Source: Callorhinchus milii (taxonomy: Eukaryota). Taken from it: 64,000 nt of DNA. The notes under the pieces were generated by a model, which searched no databases, was not told where the DNA came from, and saw only the letters and a list, made by a program, of their open reading frames with translations. The translations under genes were made by a program, and so were the position numbers. Position 1 is the stretch's first letter, and each line of letters starts with the position of its first letter. This document shows positions 11,843-23,967 of this stretch, piece after piece. The stretch covers positions 124,994,001 through 125,058,000 of the forward strand of contig NW_024704742.1 of the NCBI RefSeq assembly GCF_018977255.1, read 5' to 3'.

Positions 11843-13945
11843 GAAATAAAAATACACATCATGTATAGCCTGACCCTCACTTCCAGGCAGAGACCACTCT
11901 AGCTATGGACAAACTAGGCATTTGCCGAGGGCAGCAGATTTCTGGAAGAAGTGATTTTTTATTGAATGCTCGACTGGAGAAATTGAGACGGATAAGGATT
12001 GCACCGAGTGCCAGGTGCTAGGGTTAGGGGAGCCCTGCAGGCATTTTAAGGTAAGTTTATCTCACTTAAATTAAACCTGAATTTCTAAGGGGATAGGGGC
12101 GCGGGACACAATGAAGCTTTATTTAGGGCAGCAGATTGTCTTTAGCGGCTTCTGCTTCCAGGGTACAGTGCAGTGCCAGGCTCAGCAGGCAGGCTCCCTA
12201 TCATGCCTGTCACTTCAGCTGACCTGGAGTCATTCGGGCATATCACCCCTTTAAAATGCCGATGATAACAGCAAACCTCTCTCTGCTGAAACAAACACTC
12301 ACTTCCAGCCGCAGGTGGCTGTACTTGGAAACCCACCCATGTACAAACCCTAGTAGAGGTGATATTGCTGGTGTTCTGAGCATCAACATGGGTTCCTTTT
12401 TTCACGGTGTGGCAGAAAGGCAACTACAAGAAGAATGGTTAATGGGATTCTTGAATAAACATCGAGCCGCAAGACTTGTATTTATTGGGTTAATATTTGA
12501 ACAGGTTGATGTCCAGTCTGCTAACTCGCCATCTGAAGGAATGGAGAAGGACACAGCGAAAGACAGTCACAAAGGGTTAATGGGCAGTTTCACATTTGGA
12601 TTTGGCTGTAAATTTCCCATGTGCCAAGAGTACTGGGGTGAGGTAATCTCTCTTTTCACTGGGAGACTGACAGAGGCAAACAAGCTCTGCTCTTTGAAAC
12701 TGTGCCCAGGACATATCATTTAATGAACTACACATAACAAACCTTTTTAATCGCTTGTTTTTATCTTGATTTCCACCTTATCCCTAGCACTTGTTGCTGC
12801 AGATAAAAGTGACATTGTTCAATACCTGCAGTTTAAGAGAGGAATTGGTGACTGCTGGTGTGTGTGCTTGCTGGTATTTTTAGTGGGTTTTGATGGAAAG
12901 GCTGTAATCTGATCAACGGTAAACACAATCATGATAACAGCTTTGCCGCTACTGCTGGCGCTGGGGTATTGATTCTGTACAACCAGGACTGTTTGATGTC
13001 GCCTTAGAGCATTCAGGCAGGAAAAACAATTATTGACTGATTTCACCATGCGTACAATGTGCAGTGGAGAGACTAGTGGCAGAGATATGCAGAAATGGCC
13101 TTTTTGTGTTCATTCAGTGTCAGACAGTAACTTGACACAGGAGCCAGTGCAGTTGGTTTAATTTATGTCCTTCAACTCCATGAAACATGATAAAAGATTA
13201 CACATCTGCGCCGTTTAGGAGGCAGAACACTTTCAAGGGTGTGATTAGCAGGGGGAAAAGCAAACTAGGAAAAAAAATGTAAATGTAATATTCCACATTA
13301 AACGCCCAGGTAAAAATATTGTCGTGGACGCTTTTTGGGGGGACACGGATGAATGAAACATGATCTTTTTCTATTTGAAAGCTGAATCAGTCTTGTACTT
13401 TTATTTTAATGGTCAGAAGTTCAAGTCCTGGCACTGTCTGACACATCAGCTTGCAAACACAATAACCTATTTCCATTTTTTTGAAAGCTCTCCGTTGACC
13501 TGGTAGGTGCAGTGTGTCCCACTGAAGAGAAAAATAAGAGCCTTTCACCATACCTCCTGCCAGGAGATTAATATGACTCCCTAGGTTTTTTTATGCCATT
13601 AAAAAAATAAAAAGCTGTTCCAGCCCAGTAGGTCATTAGCCCTATCAATGTAATCGGTTGACTGGTTCTATTTGGATGAGATCTTTCTTTCTCTGCAACT
13701 GGGCTTTACCTTGTAATGCTACATACCTCTTTGTTAGTCTTCTTATTTGCAGATTGGCGGTTCTTTATTTGTTTTATTTAAATTGTTCTTTCGTCAAAAG
13801 TATAATCATTTGCCATATATTGCTTCCACAGGGTACAAGATACGTTGTACAGCACGCAAGAGAAATAAACTTGCCTTTATACAGCAACTTTCACATAAAA
13901 CAATAACTCAAAAGACTTGATGAATAACTGTAATAATATTGACAT

Positions 13946-14332
13946 TAATAATCACCTTACATAGTGCCTTTCACATTGGTAGGACGTCTCAAAGTGCATC
14001 AAAGGATATACTGTAATTGGAGTGGCTGTATCTTGTGGGTGAACATGGCAGTCAATTTGTGCACAGCAAAGTCCACGAACATAACCAATTTTATTGGGGG
14101 GATTGTTGGCTAGACATCGGGAGAAACGCCCTTCTCTTTTCGAATAGTCCTGTGGGATATTTATAGTTTGATGTTTCATCTGAAGGACATCACTTCCAAC
14201 AATGCAGCACACACCCAGCACTGCCTTAGAGTCTCAGCATAGACTACATGAGTTCCGAGTCCAAACTTGGGGCTTGAACCTATAGCCTTCTGACTCAGAG
14301 GTGAGAATCTACCAAGTGAGACAGGGTGACAC
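13946..14332 (-). mobile_element. Older SacSINE1-like DeuSINE, near full length
   Basis: Reverse complement has head GTGTCACCCTGTCTCACTTGG...CTCTGAGTCAGAAGG...GGTTCAAGCC, Deu-like core and L2-like tail. Confidence 0.82.
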
Positions 14333-14603
14333 ACTATGTAGGGGCGGACATTAAGTGAAGAAACAAGATTTAAAGATGTTGTCAAAAGGCATAGTTAAAG
14401 AGATATGTTTTAAGAAGTTTTTGAAAGGCAGAAAGAGAAGTAGCAAAGCTAAATGGTTTGGGAAATGAGTTCCAAAGGATGCGTGTCTAAAGGCTTGTTC
14501 ACCAAAGGGAGTGTGGGATGGGTAAAAGGCTAAAGTTAGAAGAGCGACGGGTATGGTTTAGAATGCAGGATAGGGTGGGGCAAGACAGCAGAGGGATCTG
14601 AAG

Positions 14604-15045
14604 ATAATAATAATAATAATCCATGTATTTGCTATAGCATCTTAAAATAACAATAATAATCCTTACATTTGATATAGTATTATTATTATTATGATTATTT
14701 TTATTATATTATTTATTATTTATTATTTTATTATTTATCTCACATTGATGAGACATCTCAGAGTGCTTCACAGGATTCATGGTAAAGTGATTTTTTGACT
14801 GTATTTCATGGATGAATTGCAGCAACCAGTTGCACAAGAAATGTCCCAAAAATCACTTGCTGTACAATAATCCTTGCATTTGATATAGTGCCTTACCACA
14901 TTGTTGAGACATCTCAAAGTGCTTCACCAGGATTCACGGTAAAGTGATTTTTGACTGTGTATTTTGTGGATGAAACGCGGCAGCCAGTTGCGCAGAGCAA
15001 TCAGCCATGAGTGACCAATTTTATATGGGGGATTGTTGGCAAGGA
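14604..15045 (-). mobile_element. Cluster of tandem SINE 3' segments with an (ATT)-rich expansion
   Basis: Three AATCC(A/T)T..ATTTG.TATAG tail starts; two similar bodies at about 14740-14850 and 14898-15005. Confidence 0.8.
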
Positions 15046-15133
15046 CTTTGTACTGTCAAGATTGGGGTCAGCTTTGCAATACTTCTTAATGATATTACTT
15101 AATTGGTGAATTCAGAAATCTGCAATACCATTT

Positions 15134-15565
15134 CAACAACAACAATAACAAAATTACATTTATAGAGCGCCTTTCATGTCAGGAGGACGTCCCAAAGCGC
15201 TAAATAGTCAGGTGTCGGGACCCGAGCATTGGGGGGGGGGGGGGGGTGGTGTAGGGGTGATGGAAGGCAGAGAGGTGGGAGGGAGACCAAAGGATTGATC
15301 AAAGAGAAAGGTCTTCAGACTGGCCTTGAAGGAGACAAGGGAGGAAGCGAGGTGAAAGGACTGTGGCATGGAGTTCCAGTGTTGGGGCAGAGAGGCTGAA
15401 AGCCCGGCCACCGATGGTAGGGCGGGTCGGGCAGGAGACATGGAGCAAGCCGGAGCCCACTGAACGGAGAGAGCAGGCAGGTTGGTAGGGAGTCAGCAGG
15501 TCAGAGAGGTAGGAGGGGGCAAGGCCATGGATGGCCTTGAAAGTGAGGACGAGGATCTTGAACTC
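15134..15565 (-). mobile_element. L2 LINE 3' fragment
   Basis: (CAA)n tail, stem-loop and decayed RT C-terminus (HWNSMPQSFHLASSLVSFKASLKTFLFD). Confidence 0.9.
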
Positions 15566-16349
15566 AAAAGCGAAATTTCAATGTAAAGCGGATAGAATTT
15601 GATGTATTTTCATTGTGAGGTTCCTTCAAGTTGATGTGAAGTGCACAAAATACTTCCAGACAATGGAAACAGACCCAACTTGGATTGTCTAATTAACAAA
15701 TATGTCTGGAACTTGCGGTTAATTATTTTATATTTGCTTTAAACCACGAATTTCAATGCCGTTATTTGTATCCAAATCCATTAAGGTTTCCCACATTCTT
15801 TTATGTTCTTTGAAAATTGTGCAAAAATAAATGTGACACGTGTTCCAGCACTGCAATATAAATGAGATTGCTGACCTTGCCAATGGATTCTTGTCGACTT
15901 CAAGGACTTATGAAGGCACAGCCTAAAGAAAGGGGCAATAGGTGATTTGCAAATTAACCAAACCTTAATAAGAATACATAATAGGACAAATGACTATCCA
16001 AGTCTTTTCAATCATTGAAATGCAAGCCAGTTTGACAATCCATTTTTAATGACATTTTACTGCATTAAATAAATAGGTTAATTTTGAATCTTGGAAATTT
16101 TGTTACTGAGTCTATTCTGCAGGTGTTATTGCTGTTTATTTTGAGCTCAGCTGTAATTGGTAAGTTAGGAAGAAGAAGATATTGTGCAGTTCATCCGGCC
16201 TATTTATTTGTTTTATTAGATGGAATTTGATAAAATAGGAATTACATTAGGAAATAGTACAATAAGTCTATTGTGTTATATTGGTTAGAGCACACTTGGT
16301 TAGAGGACCTGGGTTTGGTTCTTGGGTAGGGCGAAACGTCATTATGTAT

Positions 16350-16701
16350 GTGGAGTCCTGTAGCTTAGTGGTTACAGCACTCGCCTCGCAAGTGAGAGGA
16401 CCTGGTTTCTTACTCTACACGCCTCTGTTTACCTAGCGGTAAGTAGGAACCCAGTTGTTAGTCGATTGGTGAATCGCTTTTCCGGAGGTAATAATGCCTT
16501 AAAAAGTTTTTGGAATGATTTGGTCGCTCAGTCCACAACTGCTTGTAGAACACGACTGTGCGCAGTTGGCTGCTGTGTTTTTCCTGCAGGATACACGGTC
16601 AATTCGCTTTACAGTATATCCTATGAAACACTTTAAGACGTCTTGATCACTTATCACTTGAAGATGTGATAAGGCGCTATATCAAATGCAAGGATTATTA
16701 T
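16350..16701 (+). mobile_element. tRNA-derived SINE, long subfamily, B-box region deleted; a decayed head fragment lies just upstream (about 16280-16340)
   Basis: GTGGAGTCCTGTAGCTTAGTGG head, anticodon loop CTCGCAA, internal segment CTCTGTTTACCTAGC, tail GGCGCTATATCAAATGCAAGGATTATT. Confidence 0.88.
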
Positions 16702-17027
16702 AAGTTTTAATTCAACACAATGAAGAACTAAGGAGGAGGAAGGGTGTTCAGGATGAATTTCAGGATTACTTGTACTGTATTCAATAATTTGAATTGAATT
16801 TCCTGTTAACATGGAAAATATCTGAATGCAGATATAGAAGGGTCTAATTTGCAGTATTCTTTATTAAGAAATTTGACTCACTGAAATAGGGACTTGCTTC
16901 TGGGTACTAGAAGTATGTTATGCCAACCTGTGATACTCTACTTCAATGAGACTGTACTTCCAGGGATGAGTTCCTGCAGGATAATAGGAATTCTAATAAA
17001 ATTTCTTATTAGTACCACAATTTAGTC

Positions 17028-17260
17028 CCTAATAATAATAATAATGATAATTGATAATAATAATCCTTGATTTGATATAAAGCCTCATCACATCATCAAA
17101 ATGTCTCAAAGTGCTTCACAGATTTACTAGAAAGCATAGTGCCTGTGTATTTTGTAGGCTAATCTGGCAGCCTATTTGTGCACAGCATTGTGCCAGAAAC
17201 AACCATGAAGGGAGTGATCAATTTTATCAGGAGCCTTGTTGGCTGGGACACTGGGAGAAA
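17028..17260 (-). mobile_element. DeuSINE 3' half
   Basis: (AAT)n tail, ATCCTTGATTTGATATA, core GGCAGCCTATTTGTGCACAGCA. Confidence 0.75.
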
Positions 17261-18097
17261 GCCGCGAAGAAAGTTCAGAAAATATATCTAATCTTAGCCG
17301 TCAAATCAATTCAAAAATGATGCAGCTCTCCATGATTTACTTTGCTTGTACTATATTATCAGTATCTCCTATCTATTGCCACACTGCTGATTGCAACAGA
17401 CAGTATATACTCAGTGTGTGAAGGCTTTGGGCACTGTATCAGTTCAAGTAATGAAGTAAAAGTGGTTCATATATCCATGTTAAGTGATCTTGGGTAAAAA
17501 AGAGAAGCTATCCAAATAGAGGCAGCACAATCAGTCAACTCCTTGCAATAAGTGCATTACCTCATCAGCCCTTATGGCATGTTGTAGCACAATGTGAACT
17601 CAAGACACATGACAGGACTGGATTTTATTCTTGTAACTCCCCTCACACAAGATGTCTGTGGGCTGAGCTAATACATCTTGACAAGTGTGATGTGTTATGT
17701 TCAAAGGTGAAATTTATCGGTGTTATTCCAAGGTTACGTCCTTCACACCTTTTTGAAACTGGTGTTAATAATTTATAAACTGGCCAGCGGATGTTGAAGT
17801 GACGCGAAGCACTTTTCGACTCTCCAGAAATGAAAATCCTATTTTAACTAATGCACAATTTGGATCACTGCTACGGATGAAGTGGCCTGTAAATAACGCA
17901 GGAATGAAACTTGCCCTTTGCTGAGACAGAAGTCGCTAAGTGCTGTAACCAAACAAGATTAACTCTTGCAGTGCTGTTTCTTGGCCGAGCCCACTGATTC
18001 AGTGGCCCCCACTTCATGCTTCAGACATAACAATCAGATCGCAGGATAACCTGGTTGTGTCTGTGGTGCAGTTCTGATGTGTTTTTACAACAACACT

Positions 18098-18252
18098 TCG
18101 GTTAGGAAACATCACAATTTTCACCCCATATTGAGGACCTTCTGCCACTATTCCCGTTCGGCGAAGGTTACAATGTCAAATTGTACAATGTGTTTTAATC
18201 TTTGTTTAGAGATATGTTTCATCATCTTAAAGGAGTGTCCCTGATGCCAAGA
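18098..18252 (+). repeat. Local direct duplication, copy 1 (partner 18784-18936)
   Basis: Shares TCGGTTAGGAAACAT, CCATATTGAGGACCTTCTGCCACTATTCCC and GTTTCATCATCTTAAAGGAGTGTCCCTGATGCC with its partner. Confidence 0.92.
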
Positions 18253-18617
18253 ACAACTCCCCAGTGAACCTTTATTGTTTTCAGTCTTTTAATTTTTCAT
18301 TATCTGTAAATAAATGATTTGCCAAACCTGGTTTCAGTCAATAAACACTATTTGCACCTTTCGCACTTTTCAAAATGGACAAAGCTGGAAGAAAGGTAAG
18401 AAAAAAGTAAGAAGAGTAAGAAAAAGATTTTCAAGTTATAAATCACTAATAAAGGGTAGTAAACAACAATAATGAAACTGATAGGAATATTATATGGCAG
18501 AAGAGAATATAGAAGGAGAATAAAGGTGGCAAGCAAGAAAAGATAATGCTTGTAAATTGTTTTATGTTAAACTGTTATTTTGTTATTTTGGCACTTTATG
18601 GTTGAGGTCAAAATGTT

Positions 18618-18783
18618 TTAGGAACATAGGAAAACAGGAACACTGGGAAGCCATTCAGCCCATCGAGCCTGCTCCACCAGTTTATTAGATTTTGTCAGGT
18701 CTTTTTTAATTCCAATGTCCCGTCCTTTCACCCTACCTCTTTGTACCTCAATCACAAATTCGTATGGAAATCCAATCAATGAA
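18618..18783 (-). mobile_element. CR1-like LINE 3' end fragment
   Basis: TAGGAACATAGG tail and GCCATTCAGCCCATCGAGCCTGCTCCACC, the reverse complement of a CR1 terminus. Confidence 0.7.
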
Positions 18784-18936
18784 TCGGTTAGGAAACATTG
18801 CAATTTTCATGCCATATTGAGGACCTTCTGCCACTATTCCCAATGGGTAAAGTGTACAATGTCAAATTCACAATGTGTTTTCTCTTTGTTTAGAGGTACG
18901 TTTCATCATCTTAAAGGAGTGTCCCTGATGCCGAGA
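18784..18936 (+). repeat. Local direct duplication, copy 2
   Basis: Roughly 85% identical by eye to 18098-18252. Confidence 0.92.
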
Positions 18937-19869
18937 GCTATCTGCCCTTGTTCATGCATTCCTTTAGTTTTTGTAACGAGGTTTACTGCACAAACTCCAG
19001 CATACTTAAACAAGATTTATTTCATACAATGCAGTCAGCTTCACAGGAACCTGCACCTTTATCAGTCCAAGGAAAGCAATGTAATGGTTCTTTATAGCCC
19101 TTGTTGATTTTCTTATTGCTCTATTGTTTTTGCAGAAAGAAATGCATATCCTTGAGGAGGCTTTTGAAGTGGAGATGATTAGGTTACCTTTTTTTAAAAA
19201 TATTTTATTCGATAACATTTAAACACCTGTCAGGAAAGGCAAACAAAGCGTTATGAATGGTAGTGATTACATGTTATCTATGAACTCCTGAGGCTTGTCT
19301 AGTAAGGGGCACAATCTGCTCTTTTGTTTCGTTATTATCACCATTGTTCCGTGATTGGAACTGCTTAACTAACTGATGTTTGCACTTTTGACACTGAAGA
19401 AGGGTTTGTTTTACCACTAACCTTTCCCCGATTGTTTGCTTTGAGGTGATGGTTCCTGGCACTTCACCTCCCAGTCTTGGAGCATTGCAGCCCCAGCACG
19501 CAATGCATCAGACTGTGTGGAAATGATCCTAGATTGATGATTTTTCAAGATATTTGCTATAAGATAAAACACATACTTCCTTCCTGAAACCTTTACCTCT
19601 TGACTCTTTCACAGTACAGCTTGTGATAGTTATTGTACAAACAGCCCCTGAAAGCAGTTGAACGCATGGGATTAAATAATTATTTACCTCAAACATCATT
19701 TATCCTGTGTGATGAAGTTTGTTGGGGAAAGTCAAGATCACAGGTCTACAGAGGGCATGTCCCAAGGTATAGAATTCTATAATAGAAACCTAGAATACAA
19801 TTCAATACTTTCTGGAAGGAATTTGCATTACTATGTCTTGTCACAACAAAATGTCTCACTTTAAAATGT

Positions 19870-20110
19870 CTCCATGGTCTCACTCAAGTCTACTACCCCT
19901 GTGACCTTATTGTCATGCTCCCTCCGCTCAGCAACTACACCTGCTTCACTTCCCCTGCCTGAATTACCTCACAATTGGTGGATGAGCTTATAACTATTCT
20001 TCCCCTGTTCCCTGGAACTGCATGCCGGAGACCCTCTGCGTTACTCCCTCCCTCACCGCTTTCAAAACCCGCTTTGAAAACTTTCTCTTTGGGCCAGGTT
20101 TGGGCCTCCT
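19870..20110 (+). mobile_element. Decayed L2 3' fragment
   Basis: CTGGAACTGCATGCC and CTTTCAAAACCCGC...AACTTTCTCTTTG match the L2 RT C-terminus (LWNS..FK..LKTFLF). Confidence 0.6.
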
Positions 20111-20689
20111 GAATTAGCAGAGAAGAGGGAGTGAGTCGGGAGTGGGATCACACATTGAGTGGAATAGAAATGAACTTGCACCCCCTCCCCCTACTCTGCT
20201 CTCAAAAGTGAAGTCCATCAATATCTTGAAATCCTACATTTTGAAACAAAACTCATCATACCTCCTAACTCAATCTCATTTTACCTTTTCCTCCAACAAT
20301 CTACGTTCTTGTAAAATCCCACCTTGGCATTGTCTAACTACTTCATTTATCTTGACATTTCTATCCTAGTGCTTCATCCTCAGTATGAACTGTACCACGA
20401 GTCTTGGCCCTTCACTTGGGTTTCTCAATACAAAAGATTGAAAGTGGATTACACTGGTGTGACCAAATGAAGCTCACCTCAATAGAAGAAAGTTTGAAGG
20501 ATCATAGATAAAACTAATTGTAAAACAATGTCAATGGAGGTTTTATAATGCTGCTTCGCTCCATCAGTTACAATTTTGATATCCTGAGTTTATCCTAGTT
20601 AGATTGACCACATGAATGACAAGATGCTCACATTTCAGTGGAATTCCTGTCCTGTGGCAGTGGTTATTTTAGCTGATACAAGTGTGCCT

Positions 20690-21030
20690 CAATTTGGCTT
20701 GGTTGGTACCACTCTCTCTACTGGTTGTGAATTCAAACCCCATGTCAGTATCTGAGCTCATAGTCTAGGCTGATACTTCATTATAGTGCTGTGTTTTTCA
20801 GATCTGTTCTCTTATGGAAGATATGTTAAACCAAAATCCTGCCTGATTGTTCTTCAGATGGACATTAAAGATTTCAAAACACGATTTGAAAATAAAATTT
20901 GTTATCTTCCTTCCTCCCTTCCTCCCTCACTTGCTTGCTTGCTGAAATGCTGTACACTGTCCAGCGCCTTGGGACATCCTCCCGACATGAAAGGCGCTAT
21001 ACAAATGTAATCTTGTTGTTGCTGTTGCTT
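20690..21030 (+). mobile_element. Old DeuSINE 5' half (20690-20890) followed by an L2 tail (20905-21030)
   Basis: GAGCTCATAGTCTAGGCTGA old-SINE motif; CAGCGCCTTGGGACATCCTCCCGACATGAAAGGCGCT-(GTT)n L2 terminus. Confidence 0.72.
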
Positions 21031-21967
21031 GAGTTCAAACATCATTTATATACCATAATCGTGGCCATTCTGTGACCCTGTGTTCTGGTGCTGGCTTGTA
21101 ACACGCCCCAGCCTAAACATGTGTTAATCCCATACAATGTTCTTTCTGAACTCTACCTTTAGTGATTGTTTAGTGCTTGTGCAGTTCAGTATTAACGTAC
21201 AATATCCAATTAATTGCTCATTCACCTACAATGTACCATACAGATATATACTTAACAGCAAATGAAAATCAAAGTTATATTTCTTTGCAATATATTAGAT
21301 GCCTCTTCAATTTCACTGATCACTTCCCTGCTTGGTTGCTTTTGTAATTTTTGGAAACTTTTTTTTACCAAGTATTTTGAAACTTAAATGTCAGTCAAAC
21401 ATCAACAAAGGGATTGGTTTAACCAAACTTCCATACTGTTTGAAGAAAGTGAACAAACAATCTAAGTATATTTTATAAACACCCACATTCTTCTGGAGCT
21501 GTTGCTTCTCATGCTTTTCCTGTATGAATCCCTCATCAGTATCTTGAGATGTTAATCTCAAATGAGAGCATCTGATAAGCACTTCCCTACCACCATAATG
21601 TCTTTGAAAGAGGAAGAAGAATTGTAACACTTACTGGTTAAGATGTTACCAAATATGCCTGTCTTTCATGTTTTTGCTTTCTTTTTCATTAATCTTACAA
21701 CTCAAAGTCTCTCAGAGATGTGGCATAGTTTTAAAAGAAACTATATACAAGCCTACCTCTTGTCCAATGTTAATCCGGCTTTATCATTTTTACAAATCAA
21801 TTCTTTTAATAAATAATATACATTGTACTTTACAGGAACAAAATAAAGGACCAACATGAGATTATTAGTGGTGCCTCTATGTCACAGTGATCACTGCCAA
21901 GCTAGATTGCTCCAGAAGCTCTTGAAGAGCGGGCATCAGTGCAGTGCGAACGTTGGAACCAAAGATT

Positions 21968-22548
21968 TAACAATAATAATCCTTACTTTGAAAAAGTAAA
22001 ATCTTGGTAAAAAAANTCTTTGATTGCTCTGCCTGAAAAGACGGTGGAAGCACATTCAATAATAGCTTTCAAAAAGGAATTGGATATTTACATGAAAATA
22101 TGGGGAAAGGCTATGAGGAAAGAGCAGGATAGTGTGTCTAGTTGGATAGCTCTTTCAAAGAGTTGGCAGAGGCACAATGAATCGAATGGCCTCCTTCTGT
22201 GCTGTAAGATTCTACGATTCTATGATAGCATCTTTCACATCAAGAGGATGTCTCAAGGCGCTTTACAGGATTTATACCTGGCCGACAATAATGCCAAAGA
22301 ATCTTTAACATCCACCTGAACAGGCAGAAGAGACTTCGGTTTATCACATCGCCCGAAAGATGGCACCTCCAACAATACAGTGAAACCCGATCACTACATT
22401 GGAGTTTCAGTCTACACTATGTGGGTTCAATGTACCAATGTAGGGCTTGAAAGCACAGCTTTCTGCACGTTCATGAAAGCACAGAGGTGAGAGTGGCAAG
22501 AGGCGATCTCGGAAGTGACAGTGCAACCAACTGAGCAAGGCTGACACC
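21968..22548 (-). mobile_element. Old DeuSINE whose tail is split by a CR1 fragment
   Basis: AATAATAATCCTTACTTTGA (to about 21991) resumes as TAGCATCTTTCACATCAAGAGGATG at about 22226; head ends CTGAGCAAGGCTGACAC. Confidence 0.72.
22020..22226 (+). mobile_element. CR1 LINE 3' end
   Basis: ALPEKTVEAHSIIAFKKELDIY matches ALPESVVEADSITTFKKEIDNY at 58410-58661; tail TTCTACGATTCTATGA. An ambiguous base n sits at 22016. Confidence 0.88.
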
Positions 22549-22639
22549 TTTTACGGTGTTTTAAAACTTGCTAAGGCACTGTGTAATCCCCAACATTATT
22601 TGGCATGATAGCCAAATAAATGGCCAAAATATATCCACT

Positions 22640-22862
22640 GGGTAACCATTGTCCTTCAGGGAAGAAAATCTGCCATCCTTACTGGTCTCAACTTACATGT
22701 GATTCTAGTCCCAAACTACTTGGTTTGCTCTTAGTCTCCTGTGAAATGATGTTTCAATCCATTCAGTTAAGTGAAGACTCACCACCTTCTCAGGGCAAGT
22801 AAGGATGGGAAATAAATGCTGACCCTGTTAGACCTTTGGCTAATCCTAAAAGATGAGTAAAA
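22640..22862 (+). mobile_element. Decayed retroposon (SINE or LINE 3' end) of a family distinct from the DeuSINEs
   Basis: CAGGGAAGAAAATCTGCCATCCTTAC and CACCACCTTCTCAGGGCAAGTAAGGATGGGAAATAAATGCTG resemble a common shark repeat terminus; recognised from memory, not database-checked. Confidence 0.5.
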
Positions 22863-23967
22863 ATCTAGAATAGAAAGCACTGAAGGATTTTGTTCAGCCA
22901 AACTAATCTTGTGAATGGTTTATAGAGTGATCCAAATTTTCTTACGTTTTGTTTTACATAATTGTCACTTGATTATAGATAGTATGTTTATCTCTAACTA
23001 TTAAAAAGCTGCATTACTGAGTTAGAATCTTTAACTTGTCAATTTCTTTGAAAAACACAAATAATTGTTCCTGTCTTGAATTCAAACAAGGAATTTTTGT
23101 ATTGAATCAAAATACCGAAAACTGTGAACAGATCACCTGAAAGTTGGGACTTGCGTTTAGCATTCTTTGTGTGGTTTTGTGTTGATTCCCAAAACAGTTG
23201 AAACCTCTATAGTTTTGGGGGTACAAAAGGTGAACATTCATTGAATATTTTTGGAAGGTAACTTACATATTTTTGAACCAGAGTTGCATCACAGTTGACG
23301 TCCATTAACCTATATCACCTCTATGATCTTTGTGAATTTGGTTCTGCTATTTTCCTCCACCCTGACCTGGTGCTTGTAACCTTTTGCACTGAATACCAGA
23401 ATATTTGTGTTTGACTTTAAACTCAGATCTATGTGACCTTCTTTAAAGGTTTGTAGACTACCTTTCGGAGATAATGACAACACATGATGAATATCAGCAA
23501 AGTGTAAGCTTCTACATTTTAAAAGAAGCCTTGAATTTTGGATAGTCTTACCCAGAACCACATTATAAATAAAGATGTCAGGAAACTTCTGCTAATTGTA
23601 ATACTGCAAGACATTGTTGAAATACAAATTAAATATTTTGACGTCAATAACAAAAATGTGTCATGTGGAGAATGTCATTCATTGTATTAAAATTGGGGAC
23701 ACTTTTGAGTTGAAATTCCAGGCAACAAAGCACCTTTGGCTATATTGGTTGCACATGGAATTTTCTGCTTTATAATTGCACAATGCTAAAAACATTACAT
23801 GTAACATAATGATGACCAGACTTTCAGTCCCATGAAAGGTAAATGGACTTTATGTAGTTTAAAATCATAATGGAGTGACTGTGCACTTGTAGGTGAAAAT
23901 GTTTTCTCTTTATACAAGGCTGGAAAGTATTACTGCTAACTTCAAACATCGGGCAGAGATGTTACAT

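Noticed and set aside
12256..12723. 155-aa ORF as a CDS
   Set aside because: No recognisable domain or exon structure; an ORF of this length can occur by chance
17700..18270. Decayed coding relic on the minus strand (weak class II cytokine receptor-like C...LSCDL pattern, or transposase)
   Set aside because: Multiple stops in every frame and only vague motif similarity; would need tBLASTn or HMM support
23310..23561. 83-aa minus-strand ORF with VFSAKGY, faintly like a carboxypeptidase regulatory domain
   Set aside because: Similarity too weak and no convincing splice sites
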